A DNA stretch of 64,000 bases from Patescibacteria group bacterium (GTDB lineage Bacteria > Patescibacteriota > JAQUNI01): NCBI GenBank assembly GCA_028717685.1, contig JAQUNI010000001.1:207451-271450 (forward strand). The letters run 5' to 3'. The notes under the pieces are model-generated. The model ran no database searches, had not been told where the DNA came from, and saw only the letters and a list, made by a program, of their open reading frames with translations. Within the stretch, counting starts at the first letter, position 1. The number at the start of each line of letters is the position of its first letter. Position numbers and translations under genes: made by a program. This document shows, one piece after another, positions 48,649-60,615 of the stretch.

Positions 48649-50085
48649 TTATTTCAATTTTTCCCTTATCAAATCCTGCACTATCTGCGGATTTGCGCGA
48701 CCACCTGTTTTGCGCATCACCTGCCCCACGAGAAACATAAGGGTTTTTGCATTGCCAGCCCGCAAATCCTCCACGGGTTTAGGGTTCTCTTTGACTACTT
48801 CTTCAATAATCGCATTCAACTGCTCTACATCACTCACCTGCGCTAAATTTTTCTCGGCAATCACTTGCGAAGGATCCGCGCTCTTCTCAAACATTTCTTT
48901 TAAAACAATCTGCGCCGCGGAGGAATTTATCTCCCCGCGAGACACGATATTCATAAATTCGGCGAAATTTTCGGGCGTGATTTTTAAATGGCTAATACTG
49001 ACTTTGTTCACCCTTAATAATTTCTGTAATTCCGTTACCACCCAGTTCGCCGCGAGTTTAGATATTTTTTGACCTTGATCTTCTGCCGCCGCTTCGGAAA
49101 CCACTTGCTCATAATAATCGCCTAGGGCTTTATTATTGACTAAGGCGCTAATATCTTCAGGTCCCAAGCCATATTCCGCCTTCAGCCTTTTTCTTCTATG
49201 GACCGGCAGTTCTGGCATTTGAGCCCGCATTGCTTCTACAATTTTTTTGAGCCTTAAAGGCGGCAAGTCTGGCTCTCCAAAATAACGATAGTCATGCGCT
49301 TCTTCTTTCGTCCTCTGCTCCCGCGTAATCCCCTTGCGATCATCCCAGCCTCGGGTAATTTTACCTTTTTCTTTCTTTAGCGCCGCGAACTCATCCGTCT
49401 GTCTATCCACTTCATAAGCTAAAGCTTTTTCCACCATCTTGAAGGAATTTAGATTTTTAATTTCCACGATGGGCGTTTTAGCATTCCCAGATTTAATATT
49501 AACATTAGCATCGCACCGCAGTTCTCCTTTTTCCATATCCGCATTGGAAACCCCCAAGTAACGCATAATGAGGCGCAGCTCCCGCAAAAAAGCTCCGGCT
49601 TCTTCAGGGGAAGTGATATCGGGTTCCGTCACAATTTCCATCAAAGGCGTTCCTCCGCGATTATAATCCACTAAGCTGTAACTTTTGTCTTCGGCGTGCA
49701 AATTTTTTGCCGCGTCCTCTTCAAGGTGCACCCTCCTGATGCTAATCTTATGACCATTAATCTCTAAATAACCATTGACTGCGATAGGCATATCGTATTG
49801 GGAAATCTGATACCCCTTAGGCAAATCCGGATAAAAATAATTCTTGCGGTCAAATTTGCTTTCTTTCGGTATTGCACAATTTAAAGCGATGCCCGTTAAG
49901 ACAGTCCATTCCACAGCCTTTTTATTAATCACGGGTAAAACCCCCGGATGCCCCAAACAAATTGGGCAAATGTTTTCATTCGCTTGTTTGTTTGTAATAT
50001 CATTATCGCACGCGCAAAACATCTTGCTTCGGGTTTTGAGCTGAACGTGAATTTCTAAACCGATAATGGTTTTAAATGATGGCAT
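48649..50085 (-). CDS. gatB: Asp/Glu-tRNA amidotransferase subunit B
   Basis: IGLEIHVQL, FDRKNYFYPDLPKGYQISQ, HLEEDAAK. Confidence 0.97.
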   Translation of the reverse strand: MPSFKTIIGLEIHVQLKTRSKMFCACDNDITNKQANENICPICLGHPGVLPVINKKAVEWTVLTGIALNCAIPKESKFDRKNYFYPDLPKGYQISQYDMPIAVNGYLEINGHKISIRRVHLEEDAAKNLHAEDKSYSLVDYNRGGTPLMEIVTEPDITSPEEAGAFLRELRLIMRYLGVSNADMEKGELRCDANVNIKSGNAKTPIVEIKNLNSFKMVEKALAYEVDRQTDEFAALKKEKGKITRGWDDRKGITREQRTKEEAHDYRYFGEPDLPPLRLKKIVEAMRAQMPELPVHRRKRLKAEYGLGPEDISALVNNKALGDYYEQVVSEAAAEDQGQKISKLAANWVVTELQKLLRVNKVSISHLKITPENFAEFMNIVSRGEINSSAAQIVLKEMFEKSADPSQVIAEKNLAQVSDVEQLNAIIEEVVKENPKPVEDLRAGNAKTLMFLVGQVMRKTGGRANPQIVQDLIREKLK

Positions 50086-50388
50086 TGTTTCATTGTTGAA
50101 TTGTTTCATTGTTAATTTTAACAGAAAATGAGCTGAAAGGCAAAATAAAAAACTGGCCAAGTTGACCAGCTTAAGATGGAGATATTATTTTTATCCCCTC
50201 AATTATTGATAAACCTTGAATTACGAAATTCATTTTGTCGTTGCGAGGAGGGCCTTAAAGCCCGACGAAGCAATCTCATTAAGTGATATTTATGCCTAAT
50301 TTAGGAGATTGCTTCGGTCGGCATCAAATGCCTCCCTCGCAATGACAATACATTTCGTAATTCAAGGTATAATAATATCTTTAAATAT

Positions 50389-50877
50389 TTATTTTTTTCT
50401 CTCTAAAACAACAAAAGAATAAGGATAAAGGTTGTTTGCGTCGGCAGGATAATCCTTGCGGCTTACTTCCTGCCATTCTTCCTTATTAAACACTGGGAAA
50501 AAAATGTCGCCTTCAAATTCGTGATGGACGAAAGTGAGATAAAGCTTATCCGCGCGGGGCAAGAATTGCTCATAAACCGAAGCGCCGCCGCAGATCATCA
50601 CTTCTTGCGCTTCACCCGCTTCTTGAAGCGCTTCTTCAATAGAACCTACAATAATGGCGCCTTGCGCTTTATAATTTGGGTCACGATTTAAGACAATATT
50701 TTTTCTGCCGGGAAGAGCTCTGCCGATTGATTCAAAGGTTTTCGCGCCCATAATGACGGGCTTCCCTAAAGTCATTTTTTTGAAATACGCAAAATCCGCC
50801 GGCAAATGCCAGGGGATTTTATTTTGATAGCCAATAACATTATTTTCAGAGACAGCGGCGATGAGGGAAATAAGCAT
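50389..50877 (-). CDS. folA: Dihydrofolate reductase
   Basis: IPWHLPADF, VIMGAKTFESI, LPGRKNIV. Confidence 0.95.
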   Translation of the reverse strand: MLISLIAAVSENNVIGYQNKIPWHLPADFAYFKKMTLGKPVIMGAKTFESIGRALPGRKNIVLNRDPNYKAQGAIIVGSIEEALQEAGEAQEVMICGGASVYEQFLPRADKLYLTFVHHEFEGDIFFPVFNKEEWQEVSRKDYPADANNLYPYSFVVLERKK

Positions 50878-51045
50878 TTAAATTGTTCTAATTAATCCTT
50901 GTAACTTATAACTTGAAACTTGTAACACAAGCCTTGAGTTACACGTTATAGGTTATAGGTTACAAGTTACAACATCTGTTATTGCATTTGGTTTGCCGTG
51001 TTAAATTTTCTTGGCAAGTATTTAATGACATCAAACAGAGTTTTT

Positions 51046-51870
51046 TTAAACCGCCATCGGCGCTTTAATGGCGGGGTGATATTTGTAATTCACCAGTTTG
51101 ATGTCTTCCATTTTAAAATCATCAATGTCTTTGATTTTAGAGTTTAACCAAAGTTTGGGTAATTTATATGGCTTGCGTTTCAGCTGCTCTCTCACCTGTT
51201 TAAAATGATTGAGATAAATATGGGCATCACCCAAAGTATGAACAAACTCCCATGGCTTTAAGCCCACAGCTTGGGCAACCATACGCAACAATAAAGAATA
51301 AGAAGCGATATTGAAAGGCACGCCTAAAAACATATCGCAACTTCGCTGATACATATGCAAAGAAAGTTTGCCCTGAACAGAGAAAAATTGGAAAATCATA
51401 TGGCAAGGCGGCAAAGCCATCATTTCTAACTCGGCGGGATTCCAAGCACTAACAATTAAACGGCGATCATTGGGATTTTCTTTTAATCCGCGTATTACGC
51501 GCGCGATTTGGTCAATAGGCTTTTTTTGATAGGGCGATCGCCATTTGCGCCATTGCACGCCGTAAACCCTTCCCAAATCGCCTTTAAAGCGCGCCCTGGG
51601 CTTCCAATAAGGCGCTTCCGCGTTCGCATCCCAAATATGACAGCCTAGTTTCTGCAGGTCTTGAACTCTGGAACTCGCGCTTAAAAACCATAAAAGTTCC
51701 GCCTTCACCGCCTCAAAAGCGAGTTTTTTGGTGGTAACAGCCGGGAAACCGTCGGCCATATTAAAACGCATCTGCACACCTAAAACAGCTCGGGAGCCGA
51801 CATCTGTGCGGTCAGGACGATCAATACCATTTTTCATAACATATCTTAGGGTTTTTAAGTACTGCTGCAT
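51046..51870 (-). CDS. thyA: Thymidylate synthase
   Basis: ALPPCH, YQRSCDMFLGVPFNIASY. Confidence 0.97.
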   Translation of the reverse strand: MQQYLKTLRYVMKNGIDRPDRTDVGSRAVLGVQMRFNMADGFPAVTTKKLAFEAVKAELLWFLSASSRVQDLQKLGCHIWDANAEAPYWKPRARFKGDLGRVYGVQWRKWRSPYQKKPIDQIARVIRGLKENPNDRRLIVSAWNPAELEMMALPPCHMIFQFFSVQGKLSLHMYQRSCDMFLGVPFNIASYSLLLRMVAQAVGLKPWEFVHTLGDAHIYLNHFKQVREQLKRKPYKLPKLWLNSKIKDIDDFKMEDIKLVNYKYHPAIKAPMAV

Positions 51871-52046
51871 AGAATTAAATTTTCAATTTCTAATTTTCAA
51901 TTTTCATTAAATTTTTAATGAATCAATTTCTAAACAAATAATTTTCAAACTGTTTGCCCCGTTTAGAAATTTGTCATTTCTAACGGGGTTTTAAAATTAA
52001 AACATTGAAAATTTAATAGAAATTAGAAATTAAGAAATTAGAAATT

Positions 52047-52613
52047 CTAGAAATAATATTTCTTCATAATTTCTTTTTCTATCTTTGCATATAATTCTTC
52101 AAAAGTTCCGATGTTTTCAATTTTCACTTTTGCTTTCTGCGCGGTCGCCTTGATCACTGTCTCTGTCGGACTTATATCTTCAATCTCCTTAAATTTGTTA
52201 AAATCCATATTCTTTTCGTCTGCCTTTTCAGTGCGGTTCTTCATTCTTTCAAAACGGATTTTTATCGGCGCGGTAATATACACCAAGATGAAATTATCAA
52301 GCTGGCTGAACATTTCTGCTTCTTCCCGGAAACGCATACCATCCACAATGATCAAATCCGCTTTCTCATCTTTCACATCTTGAAACAAAGTTTTAGCTAA
52401 GATATCATCGCCAAAATTTTGACGCAAAGAAAGACCTAACTTAATTTCATTTTCACGGGTGATCGGCAGATAGAGTTTTTTTAAAACTTCATCTAAAATT
52501 TGAGAAAAACGAAAAACCACAGCATTATATTTTTCCGCTAAATAAGCGGCGGTCGTGCCCTTGCCGGCTAACTTTTCACCAGTTAATCCGACGATGAATT
52601 TTTGTTTTGGCAT
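52047..52613 (-). CDS. P-loop nucleotide-kinase-like protein
   Basis: GLTGEKLAGKGT, IVDGMR; located in the dTMP operon. Confidence 0.75.
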   Translation of the reverse strand: MPKQKFIVGLTGEKLAGKGTTAAYLAEKYNAVVFRFSQILDEVLKKLYLPITRENEIKLGLSLRQNFGDDILAKTLFQDVKDEKADLIIVDGMRFREEAEMFSQLDNFILVYITAPIKIRFERMKNRTEKADEKNMDFNKFKEIEDISPTETVIKATAQKAKVKIENIGTFEELYAKIEKEIMKKYYF

Positions 52614-52725
52614 TGTTTTTCCCCATCTTTTGAAAAAGGTGGGGGCTCAATTTTAAAATAAAATTCACAATTCTTAAAAACAATAATTGTATAATCCCTT
52701 ATTCTTACAAATTTATGAGATTACT

Positions 52726-53340
52726 TCACTTAATCCCTTCGGGCTCCGCTCGCAATGAAGGGCGATTATTATTCCGATTATTTAACTCCATAATTTGATC
52801 TGTTATTTCTTTTTCGGTTAAGACCTTTTGCCCCTGGCCATATTGCTCTTTGTCGTCAATGACATCCGCGATCTGCCAATCGTGCACCCAGTCCTCAATC
52901 CTGAAAATCCGACAACCCCCATCGCGAGTAGAGCAAATCATATGCGCGAGTCCCGCATTAATCACAATTTTCTTACAAATAAAACAAGGCAAGGCATCAA
53001 TCACCTCGCCTTGCTCGTCCGCGGCGTACAAATACATATCTCCGCCCAGCACGGACACGCCGGCGCGGCTCGCGTTGACAATCGCATTTTGCTCCGCGTG
53101 CACCGAGCGGCAAAGCTCGTAGCGATGACCGTGGGGAATGCCAAGTTTAGTTCGAAGACAAAAACCATGCTCATAACAATCCTTGCCTTTGCGGATCGCG
53201 CCGATGTATCCAGCGGAGATCATTTGGTCGTCGCGGACAATAATCGCACCCATGATGCGACGATAACACCTTGTTTTCCGCGATACCTCGCGGGCAATGT
53301 TCATATAATACTCGTCTTTGGATAGTTTTCTCGTTTCCAT
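52726..53340 (-). CDS. dCMP deaminase (ComEB-like)
   Basis: VHAEQNAI, PCFICKK. Confidence 0.88.
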   Translation of the reverse strand: METRKLSKDEYYMNIAREVSRKTRCYRRIMGAIIVRDDQMISAGYIGAIRKGKDCYEHGFCLRTKLGIPHGHRYELCRSVHAEQNAIVNASRAGVSVLGGDMYLYAADEQGEVIDALPCFICKKIVINAGLAHMICSTRDGGCRIFRIEDWVHDWQIADVIDDKEQYGQGQKVLTEKEITDQIMELNNRNNNRPSLRAEPEGIK

Positions 53341-53450
53341 TTTGATTTTTCTTCCCCTCCTTGAAGGAAGCACTTTTTTTATTTTAACATATTGGTTTAT
53401 TTTAGCACAATTCTTTAAAAAAACAAAAAACCGGAGATATCCGGTTAGAT

Positions 53451-53771
53451 TTAAGAAGTTTCAATGAGGTGAAAATTCAATATACTTTCCTGATTATTAG
53501 TCCGTATCGGCTTACCCGAATGATCATCGGGTAATCTTACAATTTCCCAAGAAATATAGACATAAAATTCTTCTTCCCCAATTTTCACCAGAAATGCCCC
53601 ATGATCCTTTCCAGCTATTCTCCTCCAGCGAGGCATATTTGCCACCACTGATTCAACTTGCCCGTAAATCGACAACACCTCTTCTTTTTCAAAATGAGCT
53701 TTGCGAAAAAAAAGATTGCCACATCCCCACCACCATGAACTTTTATCAATAACCGCATCAGTTCCTTGCAT
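53451..53771 (-). CDS. Hypothetical protein
   Basis: SD AAGGAGG; terminator 53424-53446. Confidence 0.5.
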   Translation of the reverse strand: MQGTDAVIDKSSWWWGCGNLFFRKAHFEKEEVLSIYGQVESVVANMPRWRRIAGKDHGAFLVKIGEEEFYVYISWEIVRLPDDHSGKPIRTNNQESILNFHLIETS

Positions 53772-53855
53772 TACGCAGCCTCCTTTCTTTTGATCATTGC
53801 CATCGTGCCTGCCTTACTAATATTTACACTAAATTTTCCTTTATAGGTGAACCAT

Positions 53856-54545
53856 TTAATTCCTCACCCGGACCCCCGGTCCCATAGTGGAACAGACAGA
53901 GATAGAATTCACAAGCTCCCCTTTCTGTCCTTCTGGAGCTTGTTTTTTTACTGTTTCTAAAAGAACCTTAAAATTATTTGCTAATTCTGCCTCGGAAAAA
54001 GACATCTTGCCAATCACCTGATGCACAATCCCCTGTTCATCGGATTTAAACGAAATCTTGCCCGAGGCAAACTCTTTGATTGCCGCAATAATATTGGGGG
54101 TCACTGTCTCACTCTTGGGGTTCGGCATTAAACCTTTTTGACCCAAGAGCTTGCCGATTTGCCCCAAATGCCGCATCATCGCCGGTTCGGCTAGGGCTAA
54201 ATCAAAATTAACCTTCTGGGTTGTCTTGATTTTTTGCACCAATTCTTCGCCGCCCGCAATGGCGGCGCCGGCTTCTTTTGCTTCTTTCATCTTTTCAGGA
54301 GTCACAAAAGCGGCAATCCTTCGGCTCTTGCCCCAACTTTTCGGAAAAACAATCGTGCCGCGGACTACTTGCGTGCCGCTTTTTTTATCTAAATTCAGTT
54401 TAATATGCGCTTCAATGGATTCGTCAAACTTTGCGTTCGCCCCTTCCTTCACTTTCTTCACCGCCTCTTCAATCTCAAAAATTCTCTTTTCTTCCTGGGA
54501 AAGTTTATTTTTTAAATTTTGATAACGTCTAGAATGCTTGGACAT
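53856..54545 (-). CDS. rplA: 50S ribosomal protein L1
   Basis: KFDESIEAH, LGQKGLMPNPK, STMGPG. Confidence 0.97.
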   Translation of the reverse strand: MSKHSRRYQNLKNKLSQEEKRIFEIEEAVKKVKEGANAKFDESIEAHIKLNLDKKSGTQVVRGTIVFPKSWGKSRRIAAFVTPEKMKEAKEAGAAIAGGEELVQKIKTTQKVNFDLALAEPAMMRHLGQIGKLLGQKGLMPNPKSETVTPNIIAAIKEFASGKISFKSDEQGIVHQVIGKMSFSEAELANNFKVLLETVKKQAPEGQKGELVNSISVCSTMGPGVRVRN

Positions 54546-54549
54546 ACAC

Positions 54550-54688
54550 AAATTTTCAATTTCTAATTTTCAATTTTCATTAAATTTTTATTTAATAAAT
54601 TTTTAAACACCCCAACCAAACAAAACAGGAGGTTTAAAAATTAGTTCATTAGAAATTTAATAGAAATTAGAAATTAAAAATTATTTTA
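54550..54688. repeat. AATTTTC/GAAATT-family heptamer element, identical to 55111-55249; relatives at 6788, 19966, 22378, 41543, 51876, 58277, 60456
   Basis: 139-bp direct repeat on both sides of rplK. Confidence 0.9.
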
Positions 54689-55106
54689 TTATCTCAATCC
54701 CCATACTCCTCGCCGTCCCTGCGATTATCTTTTTTGCCTGTTCTAGATCATTGGCATTTAAATCCTGCATCTTGACCTTGGCAATTTCTTCAATTTGCAC
54801 TTCTGTAACCTTGCCCACCTTTTTTTTATTCGGCTCGCCCGAACCCTTTTTCACTTGCGCTATTTTCTTTAAAAGCTCTGCGGCGGGCGGAGTTTTCAGA
54901 ATAAAATCAAAAGTGCGGTCCTCATAAACCGTAATTTCCGCGGGGATGATCTCGTCCCCTTTATCTTTGGTCATCTCATTAAATTTGCTGCAAAAATCCT
55001 GAATGTTTAATCCGTGCTGACCCAAAGCGGGGCCTATAGGGGGAGCAGGATTTGCCTTACCTGCGGGGATCTGAAGTTTGATAATTGTTTTAATAGGCTT
55101 AGACAT
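54681..55106 (-). CDS. rplK: 50S ribosomal protein L11
   Basis: [22 protein letters not shown]. Confidence 0.98.
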   Translation of the reverse strand: MSKPIKTIIKLQIPAGKANPAPPIGPALGQHGLNIQDFCSKFNEMTKDKGDEIIPAEITVYEDRTFDFILKTPPAAELLKKIAQVKKGSGEPNKKKVGKVTEVQIEEIAKVKMQDLNANDLEQAKKIIAGTARSMGIEIIK

Positions 55107-55110
55107 GTAA

Positions 55111-55249
55111 AAATTTTCAATTTCTAATTTTCAATTTTCATTAAATTTTTATTTAATAAATTTTTAAACACCCCAACCAAACAAAACAGGAGGTTTAAAA
55201 ATTAGTTCATTAGAAATTTAATAGAAATTAGAAATTAAAAATTATTTTA
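55111..55249. repeat. Second identical copy of the 139-bp element
   Basis: Base-for-base match to 54550-54688 by eye. Confidence 0.9.
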
Positions 55250-55792
55250 GATTTTTTTGATCTGTAAAAAGTCTAACTCTACTGGCGTTTCCCGGCCAAA
55301 CATATTCACCAGGACCTTGATCTTTCCCCGCTCTTCATCAAGATGAGAAACTTTCCCGTCAAAACCCTTAAAGGGTCCGTCAATAATTTTGACCGCCTCG
55401 CCAATCTCCACATCAATTTTATATTTCGGCTCGGTAACGCCCATCCTCTTTTTCAAAGACTTAATCTCTTCATCAGAAATCGGTGTCGGCGTAGTTCCAG
55501 AACCAACAAAGCCGGTCACATTAGGGGTATTCCTAACCACATACCAAGAATCATCGGTGACAACCATTTCCACTAAAACATAGCCGGGAAAAATCTTCTC
55601 TTCAATCACTTTCCGCCGGCCATTCTTAATCTTAATCTTTTTCTCTTTAGGCACTAAAACATCAAAGATTTTGTCCTCCATATCCAAGGACTCAATTCTC
55701 TGGCGAAGATTATGGGCTACGTTTTCCTCGTAACCAGAATAGGTGTGAAGCACATACCAACGTCGTTCTTGCTCCCCTAATTGCTTGGGCAT
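55247..55792 (-). CDS. nusG: Transcription antitermination factor NusG
   Basis: WYVLHTYSGYE, FPGYVLVEM, KOW motif. Confidence 0.98.
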   Translation of the reverse strand: MPKQLGEQERRWYVLHTYSGYEENVAHNLRQRIESLDMEDKIFDVLVPKEKKIKIKNGRRKVIEEKIFPGYVLVEMVVTDDSWYVVRNTPNVTGFVGSGTTPTPISDEEIKSLKKRMGVTEPKYKIDVEIGEAVKIIDGPFKGFDGKVSHLDEERGKIKVLVNMFGRETPVELDFLQIKKI

Positions 55793-55881
55793 ACACTTTA
55801 CCTAGCGCAAATAAAGGATTTATTTATCCGAGTCCCTTCGGATAATTTGTCCTTGACGCGCTTAAAAATTAAAATGATTTT

Positions 55882-56073
55882 TCAAAAAAGCTGACTTAAA
55901 GCAACTATCAAAAGATAATCTATAAAGCCCAAAAAGACAGCTACCGCTAAGCTAAAAATAATAACTATGTAGGTATGGCGAAACAACTCTGGCCGGGAGG
56001 GCCAAACCACTTTCGCAAGTTCGGTTTTGGATTCTTTGAAAAAAAGAATAATTTTATTCAAAAGGCGAGGCAT
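55882..56073 (-). CDS. secE: Preprotein translocase SecE
   Basis: ELAKVVWPSR + TM; upstream of nusG. Confidence 0.93.
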   Translation of the reverse strand: MPRLLNKIILFFKESKTELAKVVWPSRPELFRHTYIVIIFSLAVAVFLGFIDYLLIVALSQLF

Positions 56074-56245
56074 ATCTCTTGTTTTTAAAAAGCCCGCAGG
56101 GGCTTTATTACCCTAAGTATATACTAAATAAAAAAAATTGGCAAGACCCTCACTTTTATCTAAGGTCTTCACCTTTAGGATCCACCCTTAGCTAAAGATG
56201 GATCCTTTATGAAAGGTGAAGACTAAAGGCGAAAGGTCTTTATAA

Positions 56246-58291
<2,046 letters not shown>

Positions 58292-58385
58292 TTAATTTTC
58301 ATTAAATTCTCAATGATTTAATTTCAAAACATTGAAAATTAAATCATTAGAAATTTAATAGAAATTGAAAATTTAAAATTGTTCC

Positions 58386-60452
58386 TTAACCCTCTCTGAT
58401 GATCGCCCCAAACCTATTCTTCAAACCATTAATGATTTTTTGATGAATCGCCTTGGCTTCTTCTTCTTTTAAACTCCTTTTTGCGGAACGATACACAATG
58501 CGCAAGAACAATCCCTTCTTTCCTTTACTAATTTGTTTACCATGATAGGCTTCTAAAAACCGCACCTCGCTCACAAGCTTACCGCCGCTCACTTTAATTT
58601 TATTTTCCACCTCTTGCCACAAAGTCTCTTCCGACACCACAATACTTAAGTCAAATCCCACTGCTGGATATTTGGGTAAAGACTGATATGTCTTGTGGCT
58701 GGAAAAATCTTTGAATAAATCTTCAAAATTGAGATCAAAAACCAAAACCGGCTCTTTAAGCTTAAAGTTGGAAGCGATCGCCGGTTTCACTATGCCCAAG
58801 AAACCAACATCTCGTCCCGCCGCGCTAATTTCGGCGCTCCCCAAGGGAGCCACCAGTTTTCCCCCTCCCTCTTTCCAACTCAAATCGCGCACCCCCAAAC
58901 TATGGAGCAAGTTCTCCACCACAGCCTTCATTTGATAAAAGAGAGCGGTTTTACCATTTTTTTGCCACCACAAACCGACAAGATGCCGCTCTTCGCGAGG
59001 CAAAACATGGTCTCCTCCTAAATAAATTCTGGCAAGTTCAAAAATTTTAACTTCCTCTGTCTTCTGCCGATTCTCTTTGGCTACATTCAGAAGACTAGGC
59101 AATAGATCCCGACGCAAATATTCAAATTCTTGCGATAAAGGATTTGTCACTTTAAGATTATCATCTGTCTCAAAGCCGCATTTCGCAAGCAGATCTTTGC
59201 CCACAAAAGAATAGGTATAAACCTCGGTAAGACCTGCGCCGACCAGCATATCTTTGGCTTTCTCCTCCCACAGAAATTCGCAAGGTCTAATCTCTTCCGG
59301 AATACGTGTATCCAATAATTTGCCTCGCAATCTATGGTAACCATAAATCCGCGCAATCTCTTCCACCAAATCTTCTTCTTCTCCCGTGTCATAGTACCGC
59401 CACGCTGGCACGGAAACGATAGTCTTACCCTTCTCTGTTTTAGCCTGAAAACCAAGCCCCTCTAAAATCGCAATGGCGCGAGGGCGCGGAATATCCTCTC
59501 CAAGCAATCTCCTAGCGCTCACGGGATCAAATTCTATTTTCTTCCGAACAAATTTCTTGGGGTAAACATCTACAGCGCGGCTTGCTATATTGCCCCGCGT
59601 AAATTTCTGAAGAAGATCAAGAGCGCGGCTGAAAGGCACCTCTAAACCCAAAGGAGAAAGACCCTTTTCAAAACGCGCCGAAGCATCAGTCTGCAGGGAT
59701 AATGCGCGCGAAGTTTGGCGAATGGAAATCGGGTTGAAATTCGCGCATTCCAAAATAATCCTTTTCGTCTGAAGCGTCACCTCTGCTTTCTTGCCGCCTT
59801 TGATGCCGGCAAGAGCAATCGAACTTTTGGCGTCGGCAATGACAAGCATATTATCTTTTAATTCAAAGGTCTGGTCATCCAAGGTGGTAATCTTCTCGCC
59901 GCGGCGCGCTCTGCGCACGATAATTTGAGGAATCCCCTTTTGGGTATCCAGCCGATCCGCGTCAAAGGCATGCAAAGGCTGACCATATTCCAGCATCACA
60001 TAATTAGTGATATCAACCACATTATTAATCGGCCGCAAACCTGCTTGCTCTAACCTTAAGGCAATACCCTCGGGTGAAGGTCCTATCTCCACATCCTCCA
60101 AAAGAATGCCTAAATAGCGCGGGCAAAGGGCAGGCTCTAAAATTTCAATCTCTAAATTTTTTGAGAAAGACACTAACGTGGAGACAGCGAGAATCTTGGG
60201 CACAACCAACTTTTCCTTTAAGATTGCCGCTACCTCGCGGGCAATGCCAATAACGGATAGCATATCCGGCCGATTAGAAGTCACTTCAATATCATAAATA
60301 TATTCCGGCTTTCCGCCGCTCACTCTAGAAGATACTTTTTCCACCTTTTCCACCGAAACCCCGCAAAGAGAAACCCGAGAGGCAATCTCTTGGGGTTTAA
60401 GATTGGTTTTACAATATTCCAAAAGCCAGTTGTGGGGAATTAAAATATTCAT
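58386..60452 (-). CDS. pheT: Phenylalanine--tRNA ligase beta subunit (short form)
   Basis: SNRPDMLS, INNVVDITNYV, EEIARIYGY, FDX-ACB C-terminus. Confidence 0.95.
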   Translation of the reverse strand: MNILIPHNWLLEYCKTNLKPQEIASRVSLCGVSVEKVEKVSSRVSGGKPEYIYDIEVTSNRPDMLSVIGIAREVAAILKEKLVVPKILAVSTLVSFSKNLEIEILEPALCPRYLGILLEDVEIGPSPEGIALRLEQAGLRPINNVVDITNYVMLEYGQPLHAFDADRLDTQKGIPQIIVRRARRGEKITTLDDQTFELKDNMLVIADAKSSIALAGIKGGKKAEVTLQTKRIILECANFNPISIRQTSRALSLQTDASARFEKGLSPLGLEVPFSRALDLLQKFTRGNIASRAVDVYPKKFVRKKIEFDPVSARRLLGEDIPRPRAIAILEGLGFQAKTEKGKTIVSVPAWRYYDTGEEEDLVEEIARIYGYHRLRGKLLDTRIPEEIRPCEFLWEEKAKDMLVGAGLTEVYTYSFVGKDLLAKCGFETDDNLKVTNPLSQEFEYLRRDLLPSLLNVAKENRQKTEEVKIFELARIYLGGDHVLPREERHLVGLWWQKNGKTALFYQMKAVVENLLHSLGVRDLSWKEGGGKLVAPLGSAEISAAGRDVGFLGIVKPAIASNFKLKEPVLVFDLNFEDLFKDFSSHKTYQSLPKYPAVGFDLSIVVSEETLWQEVENKIKVSGGKLVSEVRFLEAYHGKQISKGKKGLFLRIVYRSAKRSLKEEEAKAIHQKIINGLKNRFGAIIREG

Positions 60453-60615
60453 GAAAAAATTTCTAATTTTAAATTCCAAATTTTAATTCAAATCCCCGCC
60501 CGCCATCGCTACGCTCTAGGCGTTAGCGGGCAGGCAAATTTTAAATTTTTTAATTTTAAAACCCTTTCTTCTTTCCCTTGGTTTTAAAATTTAAAATTGA
60601 GAATTAAAAATTCTT

